Shown here: piece after piece, positions 50,904 through 59,917 of the stretch | How the letters are laid out: every line of letters starts with the position of its first letter | Position numbering within the stretch: position 1 is the stretch's first letter | Origin: a virus | Taxonomy: Duplodnaviria > Caudoviricetes | Direction: 5' to 3' (one strand) | IMG/VR virus record: IMGVR_UViG_3300002835_000001 | Location: 160,001 to 224,000 of that record | DNA length: 64,000 bases | Position numbers and translations under genes: made by a program | Notes under the pieces: model-generated | What the model was told of the DNA's origin: nothing | Database searches by the model: none | The model's input: the letters and a program-made list of their open reading frames with translations, nothing else

Positions 50904-51656
50904 ATGAATAATTTTATAAAACAGGTAATCGAAGAGAAATTTGCATCAAAAGCGCAACAAAGATACTTTTTTGCTAAGGAGAACGAAAAGGGTGCATCAA
51001 AGAAAGAAAAGTCGAAATGGGGTAAAATGGCCAAAGAATTTTCAGATAAAACAAAATATGACGAAATACCAGATAAAGCGGGAGAAAAAGAAGTAGACGA
51101 GATTGTAGATAAAAATGGTAACGTTGCTAGAGGTAAGAAACCAACAAATTTTAACACAAAAGGAATAACACAAAATAAAACAACTGATGAAGTTGTTAAA
51201 AGTGCTAGTGGTCAAACATCACTATCACCTAGTCTTGGTTTTGGGTATAGAAGATATTGGGCAGAATCCGATATGAGTAAATCTTTAGGGTATGATGATA
51301 CTTTAGGTCAAGATGCTGATTATGATGACGCAAAGGACCATTTTGAGGATGATTTAGGTTTAACAGATGATGAGGCCGAAGAAAGGTTGGCTAAAATGGG
51401 ATATGATGAAAAACTAAAAAATACCGATAAAGTTAGATTAGTTGAAAATCCTAAAAAGTTCATGGAGGAATACATTGAAAGTATCTTAGCTAAGAAATCT
51501 AAAGATAGTGAGATTGTTTCTAACGATGGTGACCAAATGGAAGAAAAGGAAATAAATCCAATTGTTGCAAAACAATTAAAATCTCTTAAAAATAGTTTAA
51601 AAAGTCATAATTTATCAATTAATGATATTATGAAACATTTAAAAGACAATGAATAA
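50904..51656 (+). CDS. Acidic hypothetical late (probably head-associated) protein
   Basis: 250-aa K/D/E-rich ORF; late motif upstream; N-terminal VIEE. Confidence 0.6.
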   Translation: MNNFIKQVIEEKFASKAQQRYFFAKENEKGASKKEKSKWGKMAKEFSDKTKYDEIPDKAGEKEVDEIVDKNGNVARGKKPTNFNTKGITQNKTTDEVVKSASGQTSLSPSLGFGYRRYWAESDMSKSLGYDDTLGQDADYDDAKDHFEDDLGLTDDEAEERLAKMGYDEKLKNTDKVRLVENPKKFMEEYIESILAKKSKDSEIVSNDGDQMEEKEINPIVAKQLKSLKNSLKSHNLSINDIMKHLKDNE

Positions 51657-52146
51657 CGATTTAAAAGATAGGGTATTTAACATTCCACAAAACATACTGC
51701 ATAAAATCAGTCAAACTGTTATGCATTTAAATGGGCAACACGCTGACGGGAAAGAAAGGGCAGAAAAGTTACTTAAAGACGGAACAGTAAAGTATGGTCA
51801 ATTAAAGAAAATTATCCACGAATTAACATATATGGATAAAGTTAAAGATAAATTGAAATTTGAATTAGCGGGTGGGGACCTAATGAATAATTGGTCAAAA
51901 ACGCATTTACAAGGTGAAAGAGATATGGTGAGTAATAAAAAAGATTCAAGAAAAAGAGCAGATGAAATAGGTGCAATTAGTGGTGAGCGTTCAAATAGTC
52001 ACCTTAAAACACACTCAAAAAAATCAAGTACATTTCCGTCATTGAATATGATGAAAAGTAATTCACATAAAAACACAATAAGTCCAATTGTTTCTTTGGG
52101 TTTATTTGAACAAATTGAAAAATTTAAAAAATTAATACGTTATTAA
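51649..52146 (+). CDS. Hypothetical late protein with C-terminal LFEQIEKFKKLIRY motif
   Basis: 165 aa, overlapping the upstream stop. Confidence 0.6.
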   Translation: MNNDLKDRVFNIPQNILHKISQTVMHLNGQHADGKERAEKLLKDGTVKYGQLKKIIHELTYMDKVKDKLKFELAGGDLMNNWSKTHLQGERDMVSNKKDSRKRADEIGAISGERSNSHLKTHSKKSSTFPSLNMMKSNSHKNTISPIVSLGLFEQIEKFKKLIRY

Positions 52147-52147
52147 T

Positions 52148-52525
52148 ATGGCAACACAATTAGAAATCTTAGCACAGAAGTTTAGAACTGAAATTTTAGG
52201 ACCGAACATCTATAACGAACAAAAATTCTATTCTTCCACAAATAAAAATGCGTTATCTGATGGTGACGTTAAAGGTAAGGGTGAACTAGATAATTCAATA
52301 GGGTCATCTGTTGATGTCCAAAATAGAATTGATAATGTTGGGAGAAACAGATTTAATAAAGAAAATAATTACTCTTCAATAAACAAAGATGCACTATCTG
52401 ATGGTGACGAAAAGGGTAAGGGTGAATTAGATGGTAAAGTTGGTTCATTGACAGATATTAAATCAAGAACTGATGTTGTTGCAAGAAACAAATACAATCC
52501 ATCAAAAGGATACCCCGATTTTTAA
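52148..52525 (+). CDS. Hypothetical protein with a two-fold internal repeat
   Basis: YSS.NK.ALSDGD.KGKGELD occurs twice. Confidence 0.65.
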   Translation: MATQLEILAQKFRTEILGPNIYNEQKFYSSTNKNALSDGDVKGKGELDNSIGSSVDVQNRIDNVGRNRFNKENNYSSINKDALSDGDEKGKGELDGKVGSLTDIKSRTDVVARNKYNPSKGYPDF

Positions 52526-52528
52526 TTT

Positions 52529-53374
52529 ATGAACATAAATAAAATATTCTTCAATGTAATTGAAGAACAAAACATATTAAAGACAACAAAAACCAAACCT
52601 ATAGTTGATGCAATCAAAAATAGGAATATGATTACATTTTACTATTCGGGTCCTCAAAAACCTAAAAAAGATAGTGTAAAAAATGGTTACAGAGTAAAGG
52701 CTGAGGCGGTTGCTTTGGGTCTTTCTAAAAAGGGTAATTTAATTGTTAGAGCTTGGGTACAACCTCCTTCCGTTTCTAAAAAAGGATTTGCGAAACACGG
52801 GTGGAGAACTTTTATTATTGGTAGAATGAGTAATGTTGAAATTACTGATGAAGTTTTTAACGGAAAGAGACCAGAGTATAAAGAAGGTTCCGATAATTCA
52901 ATGACAACAACATATGTCACAACAAATTGGGGTACAACTTCGGATACTAAAAAAATGGAAAAACCATCACCAACGGTTACTAAACCTGAACCAACAAAAC
53001 CTCCCGTTAGTAAGGTTTCCGATAAACCAACCGAAGTCACTCCAACAGAACCTGTTAAACCCGAAGAATTACCTCAACCAAAACCTGAGGAAAAACCAAG
53101 TGAACTACCACAAGGCGGTGATAATCAGGATTATGAAGTTAAACAAAAAGAATTATATAAAACTAAACAGACCGATTGGATTAACAAACAAAAAGAAATT
53201 GGCGGCAATATAAAGCCTGGTCAAGGTACGAGAGAAAGGTTTAAAAAAGAAGTAGAAAAGGAATTACCTCAACCAGAAACAGAAAAGAAACCAGAAGTTA
53301 ACCCTGAAGAAGATGTAGAAGGAAAAAATCTACAGGAAAGTTTAAAAAGAATTAAACGTTTAATGTTTTATTAA
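52529..53374 (+). CDS. Stand-alone WYL-like domain protein with Pro/Glu/Lys-rich tail
   Basis: AIKNRNMITFYY...R.KAEAVALG...LIVRAWV...GWRTFIIGRMSNVEITDEVF matches the WYL Sm-like fold pattern. Confidence 0.7.
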   Translation: MNINKIFFNVIEEQNILKTTKTKPIVDAIKNRNMITFYYSGPQKPKKDSVKNGYRVKAEAVALGLSKKGNLIVRAWVQPPSVSKKGFAKHGWRTFIIGRMSNVEITDEVFNGKRPEYKEGSDNSMTTTYVTTNWGTTSDTKKMEKPSPTVTKPEPTKPPVSKVSDKPTEVTPTEPVKPEELPQPKPEEKPSELPQGGDNQDYEVKQKELYKTKQTDWINKQKEIGGNIKPGQGTRERFKKEVEKELPQPETEKKPEVNPEEDVEGKNLQESLKRIKRLMFY

Positions 53375-53412
53375 AAAAGGTTATTATTTAAAATATAAAA
53401 ATATTTATTAGT

Positions 53413-53988
53413 ATGTCACAACAAGGAGTAATATCACAAAATGATTTGATGCATAAATTGGTTCAAGCTAAAAAAGTTATGAACAAGGTAGATGGTGGTA
53501 ACTATCAGAGAGGTCAAATAGATGAGAGTATCTTAAGGTCCGCACCGGAAGATGTGATGAACAATACACAAATGCAATCAAATCCATCTACACAAAGACA
53601 AACAGGAACCCCTAACATTAGTCAAATTCAAAATTCTAAATTACCTGAAGCAATTAAAAGAGCAATGATTGAGAATCCAATCCCTCAAATATCTTTAAAT
53701 GATACGTTGGACATGGATTTTGTTAAAGGAGCAAAACGTTTAATGGAACAAGAGGGTGTTAGTACAAAACCTTCACAATCAAAACAAACGACCAATAACA
53801 ACGGAGGTAGTATCGATATGAATGCTATTGCGGTTCTTATTGAAAACACCGTTCGTAAAGTTATGGATGAAAAATTAAATCAAATTCTCACTGCCTCACA
53901 AACCTCAACTATTAATGAAAATTTAGTCCTAAAGGTTGGAGATTCAATATTCAAAGGAAAAATTACTGGCGTAAATAAGGCTAAGTAA
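53413..53988 (+). CDS. Hypothetical late protein
   Basis: 191 aa; TATTTATT 3 nt upstream of the ATG. Confidence 0.65.
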   Translation: MSQQGVISQNDLMHKLVQAKKVMNKVDGGNYQRGQIDESILRSAPEDVMNNTQMQSNPSTQRQTGTPNISQIQNSKLPEAIKRAMIENPIPQISLNDTLDMDFVKGAKRLMEQEGVSTKPSQSKQTTNNNGGSIDMNAIAVLIENTVRKVMDEKLNQILTASQTSTINENLVLKVGDSIFKGKITGVNKAK

Positions 53989-54019
53989 TTTGTTTTTTCA
54001 TTTTTTTTTCGTATATTTT
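53989..54019 (+). promoter_or_regulatory. Bacteroidota-type early promoter for the glycosyltransferase/nucleotide operon
   Basis: TTTG(53989)-N19-TATATTTT(54012). Confidence 0.55.
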
Positions 54020-54038
54020 AGACATATAAAGTAATATA

Positions 54039-55265
54039 ATGTCAAAAATTAAAATTTTAGTAGTACCTCCCGATAGATACGGGGTCGGTAAATTTAGAAT
54101 GTTAGACCCATTTAAATACATCGGGGAGAATCATTCAGAAGATGTCCACGTCGATTTAGTTTTCAATTTAGAAAATAGAGACGAATTATTCGATGGGTAC
54201 GATATCGTTATTTTCCATTCATTTATACATCAAACAACACATAAAGAAAATGTAGATCGTATTAATTGGTTAAAATCAAAAGGAGTCAAGGTTATTATGG
54301 ACATTGACGATATGTGGTTTGTTGACCAACGACACCCAATGTACTACCAAATTAAACAAAGTGGTATGGGTGAAATGAAAATTGAAATGTTAAAGTTAGT
54401 TGATTATGTTTCAACAACGACACCAATTTTCGCAAATACAATTAAAGAAAGATTAAGAGTAAAAAATGTTGAAGTATTTCCAAACGCAGTTAACGATGAG
54501 GAAATACAATTTCAATCAAATACGAATAAATCAGATAAAGTTAGGTTTGGATGGTTGGGTGGGTCATCCCATTTACACGATTTAGAATTACTAACTAATG
54601 GTATATCAACAACATTTAATTCATTTAAAGACAAAGTACAATTTGTATTGTGTGGATTCGATTTAAGGGGTAATGTTACTGAAGTTGATATGAAAACAGG
54701 GGAAAAAAGAGAAAGACCAATTGAACCATTTGAAACAGTTTGGTATAAGTATGAAAAAATATTTACAGATAATTTTAAAGTATTAAATCCAGAATATAAA
54801 TCATTTTTAAGTACATTTACCCAAGGTGATTATAACGACATTAATGAACCATATAGAAGAAGATGGACACAAGACGTTTCAAAATATGCTTTGAATTACA
54901 ATACTTTTGACGTATCTTTAGCTCCGTTATTTGAGTCGGTGTTTAACGCAAATAAATCACAATTAAAGGTTATCGAAGCGGGATTCCATAAAAAGGCATT
55001 AATTGCTAGTGAGACTAATCCATATACTTTGGATTTAATCTCCGCAGTTGATAATGGAGTTATAAACAATAAAGGAAATGCTTTATTAGTAAACCCTAAA
55101 AGAAACCATAAAGATTGGGCTAAACATATGAAACGATTAGTTGAGAATCCAAACTTAATTGAAGATTTAGGTAATCGTTTATATGAAACAGTAAAAGATA
55201 CATATTCATTAAGAAAAGTATGTAAAGATAGAGTAGAGTTTTTCAAATCAATTATAAACAAATAA
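54039..55265 (+). CDS. Glycosyltransferase, GT-B (GT4-like)
   Basis: DIDD, FGWLGGSSH..DL and DVSLAPL...FNANKSQLKVIEAG. Confidence 0.85.
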   Translation: MSKIKILVVPPDRYGVGKFRMLDPFKYIGENHSEDVHVDLVFNLENRDELFDGYDIVIFHSFIHQTTHKENVDRINWLKSKGVKVIMDIDDMWFVDQRHPMYYQIKQSGMGEMKIEMLKLVDYVSTTTPIFANTIKERLRVKNVEVFPNAVNDEEIQFQSNTNKSDKVRFGWLGGSSHLHDLELLTNGISTTFNSFKDKVQFVLCGFDLRGNVTEVDMKTGEKRERPIEPFETVWYKYEKIFTDNFKVLNPEYKSFLSTFTQGDYNDINEPYRRRWTQDVSKYALNYNTFDVSLAPLFESVFNANKSQLKVIEAGFHKKALIASETNPYTLDLISAVDNGVINNKGNALLVNPKRNHKDWAKHMKRLVENPNLIEDLGNRLYETVKDTYSLRKVCKDRVEFFKSIINK

Positions 55266-55276
55266 AAAAAACAATT

Positions 55277-55507
55277 ATGCATTACACAGTAACAGTAGGA
55301 TATGAATCCGAACAATTAGACAGAGAGGGTAACCCACGTTTAACAAAATCAACAATTATTGTCCAAGCCGAATCAAACGCAGAAGCAAATATTACAGCTT
55401 CTAAATTTTTAGCTGGAGATATTCGTACAAGTCAAATTATCGATGTTAAGAAATTAAAGATCGATTGCGTCATTGACGAAAAGAACACACCTGAGTATTA
55501 TAGATAA
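55277..55507 (+). CDS. Small hypothetical protein
   Basis: 76-aa ORF in operon orientation. Confidence 0.65.
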   Translation: MHYTVTVGYESEQLDREGNPRLTKSTIIVQAESNAEANITASKFLAGDIRTSQIIDVKKLKIDCVIDEKNTPEYYR

Positions 55508-55529
55508 TAACAATTAAACACCAACTGAA

Positions 55530-55751
55530 ATGGATTTCTACGGAAGAGATATACAAATTATGCGTCAATCGCAAAGTAAAATGGCTTTAGAATACCTAAA
55601 TTCAGTTGGTGTTCAAGTTACATTTGAAGAACTACAAAGGGTAACTGACGTGTTTGTTGAGTGTTGTTTACGACCTCAAGATAACGACTTAAAGGAAAGA
55701 GTTAAGAAGTTAGATAAATGGATTATAGACAAAAAAGAAAAAAATGGATAA
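55530..55751 (+). CDS. Small hypothetical protein
   Basis: 73-aa ORF overlapping the dUTPase start. Confidence 0.65.
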   Translation: MDFYGRDIQIMRQSQSKMALEYLNSVGVQVTFEELQRVTDVFVECCLRPQDNDLKERVKKLDKWIIDKKEKNG

Positions 55752-56343
55752 AGATAGTCTTGAAGAATATTTAAAAAAATTAAAAGAATTTGAATCTGAC
55801 TTAAGTTCAGATGATGAAGTTGACGATGAATTTTTTACCCAAATAAACAAAGTTTTAGGTAATTTAATGGACGATGTATCAAAAGATAAAATTGTACCAA
55901 ATCCATCTTCATTTGAAATTCCTGTAAAGGTAAAAAAACTACATGAGAGCGCAGTGATACCATCATACTCAAAAGATGGTGATGCGGGAATGGATTTAAC
56001 AATAACAAGAGAAATTGAAAATACTACCTTTAGTGTATCGTATGGTTTTGGACTTGCGTTTGAAATACCAAAAGGATACGTCGGTTTAGTGTTTCCTCGT
56101 TCATCTATTCGTAATCAAGAGTTACTATTGTCAAACTCTGTTGGGGTTATAGATAGTGGTTATAGGGGTGAAATACAAGCTACTTTTGTAAAAACAAACG
56201 GATTAGATTCTATTAAATATAAGGTAGGTGAAAGGGGTGCTCAAATGATAATTATTCCTTTTCCTAAAGTAACAATCTTTGAAAGTGACGAACTATCCAA
56301 TACCGAAAGGGGTGGTGGTGGTTTCGGAAGTACAGGTAAATAG
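55744..56343 (+). CDS. dut: Trimeric dUTPase with acidic N-terminal extension
   Basis: Motifs I-V: DAGMDL, PRSS, GVIDSGYRGEI, AQMII, RGGGGFGSTG. Confidence 0.95.
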   Translation: MDKDSLEEYLKKLKEFESDLSSDDEVDDEFFTQINKVLGNLMDDVSKDKIVPNPSSFEIPVKVKKLHESAVIPSYSKDGDAGMDLTITREIENTTFSVSYGFGLAFEIPKGYVGLVFPRSSIRNQELLLSNSVGVIDSGYRGEIQATFVKTNGLDSIKYKVGERGAQMIIIPFPKVTIFESDELSNTERGGGGFGSTGK

Positions 56344-56384
56344 AGATATTTATTAAAAATAAAGAACAATTAAAAACATATATT

Positions 56385-57113
56385 TTGGCAGTAAAACCTA
56401 GAACCAGTAGAACCCAACCACCTGTATTAGTGGAAGATAGAAAAATCATACATAAGGATAGAATTAGACAAATCATAAAAAAACCAAAAGAAAAGTTCTT
56501 AACTAAAAATCAAGAAACATATTGGAACATATTGGGAGATAATCAAATTACCCTTTGTTTTGGGCCAGCAGGTGTTGGTAAATCATATATCGCAATGAAA
56601 AGAGCAGTAGATTTGTTACATGACGATTCCAATAAATATGAGAAAATAATCATTGTTAGACCGGCAGTTGAGGCAGAAGAAAAATTAGGTTCATTACCAG
56701 GTGGTTTAGAAGAAAAGTTGGACCCATACATTTACCCGTCTTATTATCTATTAAATAAAATTATAGGTAAAGAGGCAAGAGAACAACTTAAAGACGAAGG
56801 TTACATTGAAGTTGCGGCACTTGCATATATGAGAGGATGGAATGTTGATAATACGATATTAGTATTTGAAGAGGCTCAAAATGCAACTCCCGCACAAGTA
56901 AAATTATTACTAACTCGTATTGGTTATAATTCTAAATTTTTCCTATCAGGAGATTTAGAACAATCAGATAAATTTAAAGATAAAACTAAATCTGGTTTAT
57001 ATGATGCGAAGAAAAGATTAGGTGATGTAAAAGGAATCGGTGTTTTTGAATTTGGAATGGAGGATATTGTTAGAAACCCAATTATATCTGAAATTCTTAA
57101 CAGATACGATTAA
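56385..57113 (+). CDS. phoH: PhoH-like ATPase
   Basis: GPAGVGKS, RPAVEAEEKLGSLPG, YMRG, EEAQN, GDLEQSD; TTG start. Confidence 0.95.
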   Translation: MAVKPRTSRTQPPVLVEDRKIIHKDRIRQIIKKPKEKFLTKNQETYWNILGDNQITLCFGPAGVGKSYIAMKRAVDLLHDDSNKYEKIIIVRPAVEAEEKLGSLPGGLEEKLDPYIYPSYYLLNKIIGKEAREQLKDEGYIEVAALAYMRGWNVDNTILVFEEAQNATPAQVKLLLTRIGYNSKFFLSGDLEQSDKFKDKTKSGLYDAKKRLGDVKGIGVFEFGMEDIVRNPIISEILNRYD

Positions 57114-57136
57114 CAATAAATGTAATTTTGCACAAT

Positions 57137-57172
57137 AAACCCACATCGTTTATCATAATGGTGTGGGTTTAT
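57137..57172 (+). terminator. Rho-independent terminator after phoH
   Basis: AAACCCACAT...GTGTGGGTTT stem followed by an A/T-rich tract. Confidence 0.65.
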
Positions 57173-57209
57173 TATTTACTTATAACATATTTGATGGTAT
57201 ATTTACCCA

Positions 57210-57863
57210 ATGGAAGTATACATTAGTATTGATGGTGTTTTAAGAAACACAATACAAAAATTTGAATATCATTACAACGAATCATTTTTAGTGGATGATG
57301 TTGTGATTGAAGATAATACATTTGACTATGGTGTAACTGAGCCAATAGAAAACGATAATTTAATGAACTCGTACAGATTCCAATCAAAGGAAGAGTATGA
57401 GTTTTTTACATTTATGGAATACCCAATTGAAATATTTGGACATGCTGGATTAAGTTACTCAACAACATTTACAGATTTACATAAAATGATTTATGATAAT
57501 CAAGAACACAATTTTACATTAATTGGGTTGGATGAATTAGGTAAATCAAAACCAGCAACATTATTCTTCCTATCAAAAAACGGATTTTTAGGTAATAACA
57601 TAAAATTCGACAAAAGTGATAACATTAAAGAGCTGTGGAACAAATGTGATATTTGGATTACAGATAAAAAACTTGTGTTAGATGAATGTCCAGAAGATAA
57701 AGTTGCCATCAAATTTAATACCAAATATAATGGACACTTTACTTATAAAAAAGAAATAACTAAATTAACTGAAATACAAGAACCATGGTTGAACTATTCG
57801 GAAAAAACTACTACATTGATATCGATGGAATCACAGACAAATGTAGAACAAACAAAACAGTAG
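57210..57863 (+). CDS. HAD-fold 5'(3')-deoxyribonucleotidase-like protein (degenerate motif I)
   Basis: N-terminal YISIDGVLRN, later DIWITD and KFNTKYN resemble the NT5C family. Confidence 0.55.
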   Translation: MEVYISIDGVLRNTIQKFEYHYNESFLVDDVVIEDNTFDYGVTEPIENDNLMNSYRFQSKEEYEFFTFMEYPIEIFGHAGLSYSTTFTDLHKMIYDNQEHNFTLIGLDELGKSKPATLFFLSKNGFLGNNIKFDKSDNIKELWNKCDIWITDKKLVLDECPEDKVAIKFNTKYNGHFTYKKEITKLTEIQEPWLNYSEKTTTLISMESQTNVEQTKQ

Positions 57864-58078
57864 AAGATGATGAAGATGAAGGTGCTACCGAAATCAACAT
57901 TTTCAAATACGAAATAATAAAAATGTGTTTAGAAAGAGTGTTAGGTGAAATTGACGATGTTGACGAAGAAATGGGAATGTTCGCAAAAAACACCACAACC
58001 ACATCTTTTAAAATAGCATTTAACACCTTAATAAAATATAAAATCTTAATTGAAGAATTAAACGAAGACGATGAGTAA
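57785..58078 (+). CDS. Small acidic hypothetical protein
   Basis: 97 aa; overlaps both neighbours. Confidence 0.6.
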   Translation: MVELFGKNYYIDIDGITDKCRTNKTVEDDEDEGATEINIFKYEIIKMCLERVLGEIDDVDEEMGMFAKNTTTTSFKIAFNTLIKYKILIEELNEDDE

Positions 58079-59132
58079 ACAAGAAAACATAGAAAAATTA
58101 GAAGAAGCGTTAGGTAGGTTACATTCAAAAGAAAATAACATTTATTTTCTAACTTATGACACAAGAAATAACGCAAGAGCGTCCATAAAACACATTTATG
58201 ATATGGCGTTGACTTTAAAACAAAATGGTCATAAATCAAATATTTTAGTGGAGGACAAAACATACACAGGAGTCGAATCTTGGTTAGGTGATACGTACAA
58301 AGAACTACCAGTCGTGTCCATCAAAGAAGATAAGATTGAATTAAAAATTGATGATGTTTTAGTTGTTCCTGAATATTTTTCAAACGCTCTTGAGCAATTA
58401 ACTAATATCAAGTGTATTAAAGTAATGTTAGTACAACAAAAAGATTTTATGTTTGAAACACTATCAATTGGTAGTAGATGGTCGGACTATGGATTTGATA
58501 GAATCATCACCACAACAGAAAGTGCAAAAAAATACATTTCAGATATTTTTCCTGAAAGTTTAGTCTTTGTAATCCCTCCAATTATTGGTGATAATTTTAA
58601 ACCTATTGAACTACCATTAAAACCATATGTTGCGATTAGTTGTAGAGATAGAGTTGTACATAGAAGATTAATTTCACAATTTTATTTAAAGTTTCCTCAG
58701 TTACGTTGGATTACTTTTAAAGATATGGTTCAGATGAGTTACGATGAATTTGCAACTAATTTAAAAGAATGTATGGTTTCTGTTTGGGTTGATAATGAAT
58801 CAACATTTGGTACATTTCCTTTAGAGTCTATGAAATGTGGTGTTCCCGTTATTGGTAAGATTCCTGAAACAGAACCTGATTGGTTGGATGAGAATGGAAT
58901 GTGGACCTATGACACAAATAAAGTTGTTGAAATTTTAGGTTCATATATCTTAGCATGGATTGAGGGAGTTGAGTTACAAGAAGAGGTGACTACTAAAATG
59001 AAAGATACTTTATTACCATATGAAACATCAATTACTCAAAATAGTATCAATTCAATTTTCGGGTCATTAATTAATAAAAGAATCGAATCTATCGAGAACG
59101 CATTAGAAAAATTAAAACAAGAACAAGAATAA
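58071..59132 (+). CDS. Glycosyltransferase-like protein (GT-B fold)
   Basis: DVLVVPE, FGTFPLESMKCGVPVIG (GT4-type C-terminal E motif). Confidence 0.7.
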   Translation: MSKQENIEKLEEALGRLHSKENNIYFLTYDTRNNARASIKHIYDMALTLKQNGHKSNILVEDKTYTGVESWLGDTYKELPVVSIKEDKIELKIDDVLVVPEYFSNALEQLTNIKCIKVMLVQQKDFMFETLSIGSRWSDYGFDRIITTTESAKKYISDIFPESLVFVIPPIIGDNFKPIELPLKPYVAISCRDRVVHRRLISQFYLKFPQLRWITFKDMVQMSYDEFATNLKECMVSVWVDNESTFGTFPLESMKCGVPVIGKIPETEPDWLDENGMWTYDTNKVVEILGSYILAWIEGVELQEEVTTKMKDTLLPYETSITQNSINSIFGSLINKRIESIENALEKLKQEQE

Positions 59133-59137
59133 TCAAT

Positions 59138-59917
59138 ATGAAAAATATAACAGTATTAATACCTATTCACAAAATTAGTGAAGATTATAAGGAAATGTTA
59201 AATAAAGCTTTAGAGTCTGTTGAAGATTTTCACAACGACGTAAAAGTATCGTTGGTATGTCCCGCGGAAGTAAAAAAAGAGTTAACTAACTTATCTGATA
59301 AATTAGAAATTAATTTCGTAGTTAATAATGGTAAAACTGACTTTTGCTCCCAAGTAAATTTAGGTATCGAGAAATGTGACACAGAATGGTTTACTATTTT
59401 AGAAGTTGATGACCAATTTAAATCAATTTGGTTAAAATCAATTAACGATTATAGAAAAATTTATAGTGATGTTGATGTATTCTTACCAATAGTAAAAGAT
59501 ATAAACTCAGAGGGAACCTTTGTTAGTTTTACTAACGAATCCGCTTGGGCTTATGGATTTACTGATATGCAGGGATTTATTGATAATGAGGTATTATTAG
59601 AATATCAAAACTATCAAATTAGTGGTGGACTTTATCGCACACAAAAAATTAAAGATAATGGTTTATTAAAAGAAAACATTAAATTGACTTTTGGATACGA
59701 GTTTTTATTAAGATTAACTCACAATGGAGTTAGGGTGATGATAGTACCGAGAGTTGGTTACCAACACGTTAATCTTAGAGAGGATTCATTATTCTGGTTA
59801 TACAAAAACGATGAGAATAGTTTATTATCCGAAAAAGAAGTTAAATTTTGGTTAGACTCAGCAAAAAAAGAATTTTTCTTTAAAAATAAACGAGATGTAA
59901 ATTATATAGAAGCTTAA
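59138..59917 (+). CDS. Glycosyltransferase family 2 (GT-A)
   Basis: ITVLIPIH, KALESV, QVNLGIEKCDTEWFTILEVDD (DxD-like), EFLLRL. Confidence 0.8.
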   Translation: MKNITVLIPIHKISEDYKEMLNKALESVEDFHNDVKVSLVCPAEVKKELTNLSDKLEINFVVNNGKTDFCSQVNLGIEKCDTEWFTILEVDDQFKSIWLKSINDYRKIYSDVDVFLPIVKDINSEGTFVSFTNESAWAYGFTDMQGFIDNEVLLEYQNYQISGGLYRTQKIKDNGLLKENIKLTFGYEFLLRLTHNGVRVMIVPRVGYQHVNLREDSLFWLYKNDENSLLSEKEVKFWLDSAKKEFFFKNKRDVNYIEA

